From: Vicugna vicugna
Taxonomy: Eukaryota
Direction: 5' to 3'
Assembly (NCBI GenBank): GCA_013265495.1
Contig: MU058252.1
Span: 310,001-374,000, forward strand
DNA length: 64,000 bases
Shown here: one piece after another, positions 1 to 12,235 of the stretch
Position numbering within the stretch: the first letter of the stretch is position 1
Layout: the number at the start of each line of letters is the position of its first letter
Translations under genes and position numbers: made by a program
Notes under the pieces: generated by a model
The model's input: only the letters and a program-made list of their open reading frames with translations
What the model was told of the DNA's origin: nothing
The model's database searches: none

Positions 1-466
1 GAGGGTCACAGGCCACAGGCTGGTGACAGTGAGGCGGGGGCCGCGTTGGTGATGTGGCAGGCACTCTCCTGCTCTACCTCTCTGAGCTGCATTCACTCAG
101 AGCTCCCATGTTCTCTGTGAAAGGAGTGCCCTCCAGCTCCAATGTCTCATGATTCTGAAAGAGCAGGGCTTGGAGCTGTCGCTGACCCAGAGGGCCGGTG
201 CCTCTGGAGGCTGAGAGGGCCCGGCTGTCTGAGGACGCCTTTAAGACTCGATCACTCACTGTTTTCTCATTCCTCTACTGCTTTCCGTCATGGGTTTTTG
301 TCTCAGAAACCGAGGTTGCTTAAGAACACCCTGAGAAAGTCAGTGTGGGTCCAACAGAAGAGGAAATGCTGCTCTCCGTGGGGCTCCGCTGAGGGCTCAA
401 GCAGTTTGTCATTCAGTTGAGGAATAGTTGGGGCCTCAAGCCATCAATGGCATTCTCTCCCCACAG

Positions 467-3400
467 GTCCTCCGATGGCTGCCCCAGCTCCTACCTCCTC
501 AGGGCCGTGGCCCAGCTGCGGTCCCAGCTCCGGGCCCGCATCCCTCGAGCACCCCCAGCTCCTGGCCGGAGCCCCTCTGCCTGGTGCTGGGTTGGGGGAG
601 CCCTCCTGGGCCCCGTGGTTCTGAGTAAATGCCCCCGCCTCTGCCTTGTGGCATTGTGTGAGGCAGAAGAGGCCCCTCCTGCCTGCTCCAGACCCTGGGT
701 CGTGGAGTCCCGCTTTAACTGGAAGCTCTTCTGGCAGTTTCTACGCCCCCACCTGCTGATCCTGGGGGCAGCCATCGTGGTGAGATCTTCTCCCGCCCCC
801 TCTACCCCCATCAGGGACAGGGAAGGATCCAGCCAGGGGGTTGCAGAAGCCCCAGTCAGAGGACACATCAGGACAGCTCTCCTGCCTGGCCGAATCTCAG
901 AGGAGACCTCAGGAAGCAGCAGAGCCAGCTGGCTTGGGGACAGGGGCTGAGGACCTGCACAGGGCGGCTGTGTGGACATGGGGGTCCCCAGGGGCTGGCA
1001 GCTGAACTTTAACTCTCAGAGAGACATGGGAGCCTCCAATGCATGGACGGCAGTGGGAGAGGAAAGGCCAGGGATTGGGAAGAGTGTGGTTCTCCTAAAC
1101 GTCTGTCCCCTCCCCGAAGCTGGCGCTGGGTGCAGCACTGGTGAACGTGCAGATCCCTCTGCTCCTGGGTCAGCTGGTGGAGATTGTGGCCAAGTATACA
1201 AGGGACCATGCGGGCAGCTTCCTGACTGAGTCCCGGAACCTTAGCACCCGCCTGCTGATTCTCTATGGCATCCAGGTACAGCAGAAGGGAGGGCCTGGGG
1301 GCACCCAGAGGAGTTGCCTGGGCACCCCTGAGAGCCCCGTCCTCTCTCCCAGGGCCTGCTGACCTTCGGGTACCTGGTGCTGCTGTCCCGCATCGGTGAG
1401 CGCGTGGCAGTGGACATGAGGAGGGCCCTCTTCAGCAACCTGCTTCGGTACTGCCAGCCGTGGGGTGCGGGGTGCAGGCAGGGGGCTGAGGGGCCCTGAG
1501 GGGGTCTGGGTGAATGTCTGGGGGTGGGGCCTTGTCCTCAGGTAACATCTCTCTCTTTTCCCCCACCTGCTAACCCCGTGTCCCACCGCCAGACAAGACA
1601 TTGCTTTCTTTGATGCTAAAAGGACAGGGCAGCTGGTGAGCCGATTGACAACGGATGTGCAGGAGTTTAAATCATCCTTCAAACTTGTCATCTCCCAGGT
1701 GAGTGCCCCAGGTCCCCCACACTCATACACTCACACACACGCACACTCACTCCCTAGTGCAGATGCACCAGGCCAGCCCTGCCCCACCCACCCCACTGTT
1801 GGGCCTTGCGCCTAGGCTCACACTGAAGTGAGAAGCCTGCTATCTGGTGAGGGTGCGGGTGAGGGAACAGGGAAGTTCACAGAAGCGAGGTGCCACGGCA
1901 CTGTCCAAGGTCAGGACAGGCTGTTTCTTTCCTGTCCTAAAATCTTACCTCCCTGGAAAACCTTCTCAAAAACTCAGATAAGAGCCTGTCTCAGCCCAGA
2001 TTGCCAAGAGCAAAATCGCAGTGGCCTGTCTTGTCCTCAGAATGCCTGGCTCACTAACAGGAGAACAAGCAATGGCTCTTTGCTGTGTCCTGATGTCCCC
2101 TCTGCATACCCCCAGATTGTCACTGTAGCTGCCAGATCCTGCCAGTCACTGGCCAACAGCAGTCCCCGGGTGGCATCCCCAGGTGATTCTCGTTTTGTTC
2201 AGCTTCTAGAGCAGAAGACCAGGAGAGTGGGATTTGTCTAGGGGAAGGATGCCTTTGTCCATAGGCATCCTCACCCAGCGCCTTTATGCCTGGTCAAGGA
2301 AGGGTTAAGTTCTGTGTCCCACAGTCTGCAGGTTGACTTCCCAGGGGTCAGACCTGTGGCCTTGCCCTTGTGAGTATAGAGCTAGTTGTAGCCAGCTGAC
2401 TCTTGGTAAAGTCCCCCATGTCCCATGTCATGGTGCTGATGTCAAACAGCCTTCCTTCCCACTCCTCAGGGGCTGCGAAGCTGTACCCAAGTGGCCGGCT
2501 GCCTGGTGTCCCTATCTATGCTCTCCACGCGCCTCACGCTGCTTCTGATGGTGGCCACGCCTGCCCTGATGGGAGCTGGCACCCTAATGGGCTCAGCTCT
2601 CAGGAAATTGTCTCGCCAGTGTCAGGAGCAGGTACCAGAAGTCCCACCCACCCTCCTTACCCTACCCTCCTTCTCTGCCCCATACTCCTCTGTCAACCCC
2701 TCTCCATCTCCAACCTGGCTCCCTATCTCCTGGACTTCTTGCAGGTCGCCAGGGCAACAGGTGTAGCCGATGAGGCCCTAGGCAACGTTCGGACAGTGCG
2801 AGCCTTCGCCATGGAGCAGCGGGAAGAGGAGTGAGTTGGGGCAGAGGCAGAGCACAAAAGCAGGGGGACCCCAAATGCACCTCCCACCTTCCCCGCGCCC
2901 CACCCCGCCTGTTTCCTGAAGGCCAGCTTGACTTCTGTCCCCAGACGCTACGGAGCAGAGCTGGAGGCGTCCCGCTGTAAGGCAGAGGAGCTGGGCAGAG
3001 GCATCGCCTTGTTCCAAGGGCTCTCCAACATCGCCTTCAACTGTGAGTGAGCAAGGCCACACCTGGGGGGACCCAGGCTGTGGCTGGGGGTGAGCGCAGA
3101 GGCGGGAAGGACAGGTCCCAGCAAGGCAGGCAAGGGGCAGCTTTCCACCTGCTTGATGGTCTTCAGATATCTGTTGAGTGCCAGTTAGCCAGTCTGTGGA
3201 GCCTGCTGATGCCGGCAGGCAACGGGCAGGTAGGCCCAGTGTCACTACGTGCAGTGTGCTGCCGGGCCACTCTGGAGGGAGCCATGGAGGTGCCCCCAAC
3301 CCACTCATTTCCAAATGAGGAAACAAAGGCAGAGACCATTCGAGTGACTTGCCAAAATTCCAGTCAGTTGGGAGCACAGCAGGGACTGAAACTGGAGACC

Positions 3401-6400
3401 AACGCGTGGGCCAGGTCTGTCTTCTGTTCTCCACAGCCACCTTCCTAACCACCTGTCCTTTCCCCACACAGGCATGGTCTTGGGCACCCTGTTTATTGGG
3501 GGCTCCCTCGTGGCTGGACAGCAGCTGACAGGGGGAGACCTCATGTCCTTCCTGGTAGCCTCCCAGACAGTGCAGAGGTGAGTGTGGGGCTGTTGCCATT
3601 CCTAAGAGCCCAGCTGGGCCAAGGGACAGGGCGTGCCTGCCAGTCTGCTCTGGGGACGACTACCCAGGTCCCCCAGTGCAGCACTGGGCAGTGGAGAGGG
3701 AGCCCCAGGCTCCCAGCCGCGCCTCCAGCCTAATTCAGAAATATGGTTGTCATCTTCAACTTCCAAACAATTCAGAAGTTTCCTTGACAAACTTTTTTCT
3801 TTAAAAAATTTCAGTAAAATACACAAAATTTACCATCTTAACCATTTCTAAGTATTCAGTTTAATAGAGTTACATGCGTGCATGTTGCTGTGCAGCCATC
3901 ACTACCGTCCCCTTCAGAACTTCAGTTTGCAAAACTGAAATGCTGCATCTGTGTGACCCACCCCCCCATCCCCTGGCAACCATCATTCTGCTTTCTGTCT
4001 CCGTGAGTCTGGCTCTTCTAGGTCCTCATCATATAGGTGACATCATATGGTACCTGTCCCCTTGTGACAGGCTTATTTCTCTGAGCATAACATCTTCCTG
4101 GTTCATACATGTCGGAGCAGGTACCAGAATTTCCGTCCTTTTTAAGGCTGAGTAAGACTCCATGTTTGGATAGACCATCTTTGACATGCTTTTTAAGAGC
4201 TGGCCTGCCGTCCTCTGCCTGACCTTCCCCTGCATGGGCCACCCTGGTGGCTCACTGGGTCCACGGCTCTGAGATCTGCCTGCCCCGCTGGCTCCGTCTG
4301 CCCATGGGCACCAGAGCTCCCAGCCGGCTCTGCTACTGGAGCCCCCAGGGAGGCCTCCCTTCTCCTATCCCTTCCAAGCCAAGCACTAGCATCTCTGCCC
4401 ACCATTTCTCTTCACTTTGTGCCCCCCCGCCCCACCCCACCCCACATACCGCTTACACCAAAACATGTCAAACAAAGATATGTTAGGTCAATAATCAGAG
4501 TAGATATGATCTAATAAGGAATCGAAGAGTGAAGACCTGTGTTACCACCAGCTACACCGAGGGACTAGAGCATCACCCAGACGCCCCTCTGTGTCCCTTC
4601 CTCCTCACTGCTGATTCCTGTGGTCCTCGTATCCTGGCTCTGCTCTGTCTTACCGCCTCTGTAGGTCAGCCATTTCTTACAGAATCCCTCACCATCGGCC
4701 TTGCTGGCCTGGGCAGGATGGCGCTAACCCAGACGCAGGCAGGTAGAAAACACCCCCTCCCCTCTCTTGGCCCTGGATTCCCCAGCATTCTACAAAGACC
4801 AAATTCCACCCATTTCTCAGCCACACAGCACCATCCTTGGCTCCATTTCTACCAGGTGCTCTCTAATCTGGGCCCGTTCTGACCCTCTCTGGTCCTGGCC
4901 AGCCTCATCCCTCCTTCCTAGAGGCCCAGGAACTGTTGCCTTAGGACTAAAAGGCTCTGATTATTGTGTAGATGGAACTTCTGGCCTCCCCCTGCTGCCC
5001 CTCCCCTGGCCTGACCCATGGGAACGCCACTGGCTGGCTTCATGCAGTCACCCCACGGCCTTCCCCTCGGAGCAGTGGCAGAGCTGCCCCCCTGGGGAAA
5101 GGCAGCCACACATCCCAGGCCTGGCCCTCCTCCCTCAGACTGGCCTTCGCCTGTGGCTCCCTCCCCTTATGGCCGGGGTACATTTCCTTCCCTCCCCACT
5201 GCACCTCCTAGCCAGTTATAGTTTTATTACAGGCCCAAGAAAGCATCTCTCGCAGACTGCTGGATGGGGCTGCTCCCACTAGGTCTAGCCTTTTGGGAGG
5301 CCCCTCACCACACAGAGATTCTTCATTACTCACCTTGGAGGAATTGGGTCTTATTTTGTTAAGCTGGTGTGTTTCCTCCTGGGGTCTAGCCGGGGAGGGT
5401 GGGTGGCGAAGGAGGGAGGCAGGGCCCTATCCGCTGAAATAAAATCACACAGTGTGAGAGTTGTGGGTTAAGTTTTATTGGGGGCAAAATGAGGACTATA
5501 GCCCGGGAGACAGCATCCCAGAGAGCTCTGAGAAACTGCTCCAAAGAGGCAGGGGAAGAGCTCAGTGTTATATATGATTTCAGTGAGGGAGGGACGTGCA
5601 GTCGAACATACGTTTAGGCAGAGACTTGCTGATAGCCAAGAGGAGCAGATGCCACCGTTAATGATTTTAGTGCTTTTCTAGACATGAGGAGACACAAGAA
5701 TTTAGGCTCATAAAATCTTCTGAAAATACCTAACTATCTGAAGGCCTGTTCAGCCAGTTTTCCCAGAGCACAGAGAGCCTCATTCCTGACCTCCATCGTG
5801 AACTCCTTGCAGGGCACGTTGGAGATCAGTGGCTGCAGTGGCTCATGATTTAATCCAAGCAGAGTTAGATGGCAAGTGCCAATGTGATACAATTCTTGTA
5901 GGTGCAGATGGCAAGTGCCAATTTTTAGTTAGCAGTCCCAGCTTCAAGCAGCCTCAACCTTTGGACCCCATCCTAGGTGTTCCTTTTGGTGGCACTGGGG
6001 CTCTGGAAGAGATGGGGAGGTGCCCAGACAGACCACGGTCAGGCCCAGGCCACCTGGTCTGCATGCAGGATGGGCCACCCTATCCCTAACCTGCTCCGGG
6101 CCTCCAGGGGCCTTCTCCCCCACCCCACCGCCCCCGCTTAACAGAGGTGCTGGGAATTGAACCCAGTCCTCGTGATCATGCCTGCTGAGTTCTACCCACC
6201 CCCCAGGCCTGCCTTCTGAGCCGTCTCTGAGAGCTCGGTGATGTGCATCTGGTTTTCAGTTGCTGCCCGGCACCTCCGCCAGCCCCTAGTGACCTCCAGA
6301 TCTCTTGTGGCGAATGTTCTCCCTTCTCATCAGCAGATAACAGGCTGTCCTGGCTCTTCTGTCTTGGTGTCTCCCGCTCCCTTTGGCAAGTGCTCTGAGC

Positions 6401-9400
6401 CATTTCCTCGCGGGCTCCTCCTCCCCTCCCCCCACCCGGGTGCTGGGAGAAGTGAGATTTCTGGAGAGTCAGTCTTTCCTCTTCTTCAGGGAGGACCGGC
6501 ATCCACAGTCGCAGACACACACTGTCACGGGCCAGTCAGGGGCTGGTGACTAAGGGGTAATGACTCACCTTCCTCCTCGCAGCCACCCACCCTGAGGGGC
6601 GGAGGCAGCGACCCACCATCTGGGCAGATACACTTGCACCATTCCTTACACAGGGCAAGCCCATAATAAAATATCCCGAGGGAATATGGGTTTGGGGTCC
6701 CCCCAGTGTTTCCCCTGTGGTCCAGTGTCTTTCGTTTTCTCTCTCTGAAAGGATTGCCATCCTGTTTTCCACCGTCAGTAGACCTCGCTTCCCCCAGGAG
6801 TCACAGCGCTAGAGCCGACCTCCCCTTGGCCGTGAGGGCCGGCCTTGGTCTCGCGCGGGAGCTGCCCGCCCCGCGGGCTGCAGGCCCGTGGCGCCCGCCC
6901 CACTGCACCCGGTGTCTGCCTTCCAGACCCGCTTCCCCCCTGGAGCCCCCGTCCTGAGGGAGCTGACACTCGTCAGCCCTGTCCGGGCCAGGAGAGAACG
7001 CAGCTCTGAAAGAAGCTATTTGCCAGGTGATCACCTATTGTCGCTGGATCCCAGGGCTCCTGGGGACTCCGGTTTCAGGAGCAGTCTCTGCATTTGCCTT
7101 TGGGCCACCTGTTTCCTTGCCCCAGCGGACATGCCCCCCGTGCAGCTGAGACCCAGACCTTCCTCTCCGGCCCTGGCCTCCTCTCAGGCTCTTCTCATCC
7201 CCCGTCTTTCAGCCTTTCTCTTCTGCTCACAGGTCCATGGCCAACCTCTCTGTCCTGTTTGGTCAGGTGAGTGGCAGAGTCCGGGATGGGTCCAGGGGTG
7301 TGGACATGGGATCTGGGCTGGAGTCCTGTCCGTCCCTGATGTCATTAATGTGCTGCGGGAACTGGGTGGTGGGAGGAGGGGATATCACCAGCCCCCTAAG
7401 TACTCCTCTCCGCGTGGGGACCCAGAGATGCTGCCCGCTCCCCAGACACCACTCCCACATCACAGACTTTAAACCCAACCCCAGGTGGTGCGGGGGCTCA
7501 GCGCGGGCACCCGGGTCTTCGAGTACATGACCCTGAGCCCAGACATCCGGCTGTCAGGGGGCTGCTGCATCCCCAGGGAGCACCTGCGTGGCTCCGTCAC
7601 GTTTCACAACGTCTGCTTCAGGTCAGTGTCAGTGGGTGGGCACAGGGGTGCTTCCCACCAGGCCGAGGAGCCTGTCTGCGGACCTGTGGGTCAGTGTCTC
7701 CTAAATAAGCTCCTCTCAGGGGTTCAGGGAGCCTTCAGGAGGGACCAGGGCAATGAGGGGCCTGGAACCTGGTCTGACTGAGGGTCTCTCGGCTCCTCCC
7801 AGTTACCCCTGCCGCCCTGGCTTCCAAGTGCTCAAAGACTTCACCCTCACGCTGCCCCCAGGCAAGATCGTGGCTCTTGTGGGCCAGTCCGGGGGAGGTA
7901 AGAGGAGCCCGCCACCCTCCCACCCTGTGACTCCTCCCTGCGGTAGCCGCTTAGTGTGGAAGGACAGGTCCCTCTCTCCTGGCACACTCCCTAACTGCCC
8001 CTGTCCCCCACCCCAACTCCCAGGAAAGACCACTGTGGCTTCCCTGCTTGAGCGCTTCTATGACCCCACGGCGGGCATGGTGACGCTGGACGGGCAAGAC
8101 CTGCGCACCCTCGACCCTTCCTGGCTCCGGGGTCAGGTCATCGGCTTCATCAGCCAGGTAAGGAGGGGAGAGGCTTTCCCCATGGTGTGCGACACCCAGA
8201 AAGGGTGTCTTAACTCCCACTGAGCCCCTCTCCCCTTCTTCCCTGCAGCCCTGCTTCTCTCAGTCCTTACGCCCCGGCCCCCGGCCTTTTCCCTTCCCAC
8301 CCCCATCACCTGCTGCTCTCACAGGGGCAGGGGCGGGCAGGCTGGCTGTCTTCACTGGTCCCCAGCATTCATCCATGTCCCGGTTGCTGCAGTTCTGCCC
8401 TTGTATCACCAGGGCTGGAACTCTGTTCCTTGATTTAAAAGGTCCAAGCAGCGGGGAGGGTAATAGCTCAGTGGTAAAGCACATGCTTAGCATGCATGAG
8501 GTCCTGGGTTCAATCCTCAGTACCTCCACTAAAAAATAAATAAAAAATAAATTTAAAACAAATAAAATGCCCAAGCAAGCGGGAATGGGATGGCCACTTT
8601 AGGATCCCTGGGTTTTGGCAAGCCCATGGTGTCCAGGAGATCTATACACCCACATGGTGTTGCTAGGGACAGCTGGTGGCCCGCCCACCCAGTAAACAAG
8701 ACCCCGCCAGCCCCACCACTTTCCTAGCGAGGGTCCACCTGCCCCCACATGTAGGTGAAGCAGATCCCCTTACAGCAGGAGACAGCCAAATTATAAAACC
8801 CCTCCACGCCCATCTCTCCAGAGAGGAGGAGTCCTGCCTGGCCAGCTGGCCTTGCTCTCCCAGCCACCTTCCTGCTCCCCTTCCTGAGGGGCTCCATGTC
8901 CTGCAGGGAGCTCAGCCTCTCCCCCATCTGATGACCCCTCTGCTTTGTCTGACCTGTAACTTCAAGCTACCCCTACCTGCCCTCCAAGGAGCCCCTCCTG
9001 ACACGCCCCTTGGGTATTCAGGGCAAAGTCAGAATGTTTCCTTGTGGACCCCACCACCTCCCACCCCCAGGAGCCAGTCTTGTTTGGAACCACAATTATG
9101 GAGAACATCCGTTTTGGGAGGCTGGGTGCCTCCGATGAAGACGTTTATGCAGCTGCCCGCGAAGCCAATGCCCACGAGTTCATCACCAGCTTCCCTGAGG
9201 GCTACAACACCATAGTAGGTGAGTTCAGAGATGGCAGGCATCCTGCTCACGTCTGCAGGGCCCACGTGTGGGGCTGGGATCAAGGGGGACAGGAACGCAG
9301 TCATGGCATCAGGGGAGACCGAGGGGGACAGAGATAACCTGCGGGGACAAGGGAGACCAGCCCATGTGGTTCAGGCACAGGCAGGCCGCAGAGACAGGAG

Positions 9401-11649
9401 TTTGCAGGGACACGGGTGATCTGCTCACCAGGGCTCCGCCCCCAAGACCTGGCCAGCAGCAGCGGGCTTTTATCTCCGTGTAATTCTCTTTCTGGCCCTG
9501 TTTCGCTCCTGTCCTTTCATCCTTTCACTGAACGGTGTTTCCCCTCTTGCTCTCCATAGGGGTTGATTTGGTTGAGCACGTCTCTCTCCTGACTTACCCA
9601 GAAGTGGGCTTTGGTGATTCGGGAACACTGAAATATTGTAGCATCACCCTAGAATCTTTCTCCTCTAGCTTGTAGCTTTGTGTGTTTGTCTCAGAGGTCT
9701 TTTTCTCAACCTCTGGGCCATATTTATCATCCAGAGCCCCTTGGCTTTGTTGCACAATGTTCCAGCCTATCTCACAGTGTGGGCACATCCAAGGTTCTCC
9801 ACTCTTCTTGAAACTTAGGCCTCGGTCTGGCTGAGCTGAGCCTCCCAAGTGGTGCCCCCACTGTGTGTGGCCTTTCTTCATGTTCTGGGTTCTTGGATTC
9901 CCAAGAACATCCCAAGGGGCATGTTCTGCCTGGAGCATCCGGGCCCACATCTCTCTTGCGCACTTTCCTTGTTTCTCTGGGGATTCAGTCTACCCTCGCT
10001 GCTCTGTGACTACTGTCACCTTGAGGCTCTTTTTGGCTCCCAGGCTGCCACTTCTGCTGTTCTCTGTGGGTATTTTGGACCCCAAACGTGGGCTTCCCAG
10101 AATGCCCAGTTGGGTTACAAATCACACAGTGCTGCCACCACACCCCAGGAGGCCACCTCTGGGTCCTGGATGTCCCCAGAGCAAGAGAAACCTGGGAAGC
10201 CAGGAGAAGGCAGCTAGAGCTGCAGGGCCAGGGCAAGGGGTGGGGCCCGGGCCAGTCGTGGCTCTGAGACCTGGCCCTGGTGCGGGAGGGGAGCTCAGGG
10301 CCCACCCTGGGTGGTACTGAGCCCTACTGTGTGCACGACCCCAGTCATCCATGTGAGTGCCTGCGCACATCTGCACAGGCACGTGGGATCAGGGTGCTGC
10401 CGGCCATCGTCCCTTCCCTCAGAGAGGCGGGCCGAAGGCACACAGGGCTCAGATGGGAAGATCCAGGCAACCCTGGTGCCCATCTGCAAGGTATATCTGC
10501 CTAAGTACAGAGCTGAGCATTGCTTCCGGCCCCCGCCCCATCCCCTTCCTCCCCAGGTGAGCGGGGTACAACCCTGTCTGGTGGCCAGAAGCAGCGCCTG
10601 GCCATCGCTCGAGCCCTCATCAAGCAGCCCACGGTGCTGATCCTGGATGAGGCGACCAGCGCACTGGACTCGGAGTCTGAGAGGGTTGTGCAGGAGGCCC
10701 TGGACCGCGCCAGCGCCGGCCGCACTGTACTGGTCATCGCCCACCGGCTCAGCACCGTCCGTGGGGCCCACCGCATTGTCGTCATGGCCCACGGCCGAGT
10801 CTGCGAGGTCAGCTGGGGCCCAGGGAATGGGTCGGTGGGCTGGGACAGCTTCAGCCATGGACATAGTGGAACGGGTGGCTCAGCTGAGCCATGTGAGGGA
10901 GGGTCTGGCCTGGCCCTGGGGGCTTGGGATCATGTTCTGGAAACGGCACCCATGTGGATTCAGTTCCTGCCCTTAGATGAGCCCTGGCCTCTTGGGGCCT
11001 GACTTTCTTCCTCTGTCCCCTGGAGGGGCAGGGTAGGGGTGAGCAGAGCTGCAACATGGCTCCCAGGATCAAAGGGGAAAGTTCTAAGAGAAGCGTACAG
11101 GGCTTAGTGGGTGGGGGGATCGTGGGGGCTGAGGTGCAGGAGCTGATCGGGGACCAGCCAGGAGCAGCACCCCGAGGCTGGGCTGCAGCAGGGCTTAGAG
11201 GCTGTATGGGGTCTGGTTTCCCCGGCCACTCTTTTAAGCCAAAGCTGAGGGGGGTTTGCAAGGGGCACTGGGGCCTCGTGAGGGAGGCAGTGGGACCTAG
11301 ATGCTCTTCCACCATCCAGCTAAGCAGGGCAGTGATGGCGAACAAATACAGATGCGCCAGCAGCGATTTGTAACCACCTGTGCTTTGGTTTCATGGTGTC
11401 GGCAGAAGGGACACCGGTTTAGGTAAAGGCAAGCCGAAGCGCTGGATAAGAAGCTAGCCCTCGAAGGGCTCTGAACTCTTAGCTGGGTTGGGGTGACCAT
11501 CTGCCCCTCCTTACTCTCTCCAGGTGGGGACCCACGAGGAGCTCCTAAAGAAAGGCGGGCTCTATTCCGAGCTCATCCGGAGACAAGCCTTGGATGCCCC
11601 ACTTCCTGAGACCCCCAAAGGCCCCAGGAACCGGCACCCCAAGTCCTGA
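467..11649 (+). CDS. ABCB8: Mitochondrial ABC half-transporter ABCB8 (MITOSUR), exons 2-16; 5' partial
   Basis: Exons: 467-779, 1120-1275, 1353-1447, 1593-1698, 2470-2631, 2745-2830, 2945-3042, 3472-3577, 7233-7266, 7485-7621, 7803-7897, 8024-8157, 9071-9218, 10557-10807, 11524-11649. All introns are GT-AG with consistent phases. Contains TMD segments, Walker A GQSGG|GKTT, signature LSGGQKQR, Walker B ILDE and H-loop IAHRLST; stop TGA at 11647-11649. No first exon was found in 1-466. Confidence 0.97.
3792..4182 (-). mobile_element. L1 3' end fragment (L1MA/L1MB-like)
   Basis: T-rich head followed by the typical antisense L1 3' UTR text (TTTACCATCTTAACCATTT...GGCAACCA.CATTCTGCTTTCTGTCTC...GCTTATTTCTCTGAGCATAA). 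Confidence 0.75.
5428..5934 (-). mobile_element. Solo ERV LTR (family unassigned), antisense in ABCB8 intron 9
   Basis: On the - strand it begins TG, and has TATATAA (5568-5574) followed about 90 nt later by AATAAA (5474-5479). It contains a short internal duplication AGATGGCAAGTGCCAAT. Composition differs from the flanks. Confidence 0.65.
6139..6203 (-). mobile_element. Degenerate tRNA-Ala-derived SINE
   Basis: B box GGGTTCAATTCCCAGCACCTC on the - strand, with the middle of the element eroded. Confidence 0.6.
8453..8567 (+). mobile_element. tRNA-Ala(AGC)-derived SINE, young copy (resembles camelid vic-1-type SINEs)
   Basis: A box TAGCTCAGTGG, anticodon loop TTAGCAT, B box GGTTCAATCC (8507-8516), then CCA and an A-rich tail. 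Flanked by a degenerate target-site duplication (AAAAGGTCCAAGCAGC / AAAATGCCCAAGCAAGC). Confidence 0.9.
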
Positions 11650-12229
11650 GAGGTCTGGTCACTGCCGAGCATTAGTGCCCAGGGCCAGGGCTCAGCTCGG
11701 GGGAGCTCCCAGGGACTGAGGCCTCAGGAGGGCCCGCATGCTGCTGTGGGGGCTGCTACCACTGCTTCCCCTGCTCATGGTAAAACCCGGCCAAGCGCTG
11801 GACTAAGAGGAGTTTGGGACCACTCCCCGTCCTGCCTCCAGGCTGTCCCCTTCCTGCCAGAGCTGAGAGTCCTTGGGCTGCACGGGGAGGGGGAAGAGTC
11901 CCAGGCCCCCGCTCTGTCCGCCCCCTTTGCCCGGTCCCTCCCCAACCCCTCTCCCAACCCTGCCGAGTCTCCCCCTCTACCTGACAGCCTAAAGGTGTCC
12001 AGACCGTAGCTGCAGGAAATGTTTGCAAAACACTGTTAGGGAGTGAGAATGGGGACCCACACCAGGGTTTGTCCCGCACCCATGCGAGGACCTCACTCCC
12101 CTCCACTGACTCCCAACACGCCTCTCACAGCCCTGGGAGAAGGAGCCCACCCTTTGAGCTGACCCCACAAATCCACGGTCCCCATTCTGGGAACAACGTC
12201 CCTTCTTCCTGCTCCACTGATGGAGTAGA

Positions 12230-12235
12230 AATAAA
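12230..12235 (+). terminator. Candidate ABCB8 poly(A) signal
   Basis: First AATAAA downstream of the stop codon (about 580 nt away). Confidence 0.45.

Noticed and set aside
2778-3599. 273-aa minus-strand ORF
   Set aside because: It is antisense to ABCB8 exons 7-9 in GC-rich DNA, has no domain and no supporting promoter or PAS.
8453-8530. Apparent tRNA-Ala(AGC) gene
   Set aside because: It has an A-rich tail, a target-site duplication, related copies elsewhere in the window and acceptor/D-arm mismatches, so it is a SINE and not a tRNA gene.
10295-10864. Minus-strand ORFs of 189 aa and 94 aa (GHDDNAVG...[12 protein letters not shown]; [14 protein letters not shown]...)
   Set aside because: These are the typical antisense shadow translations of the ABC NBD exon 15.
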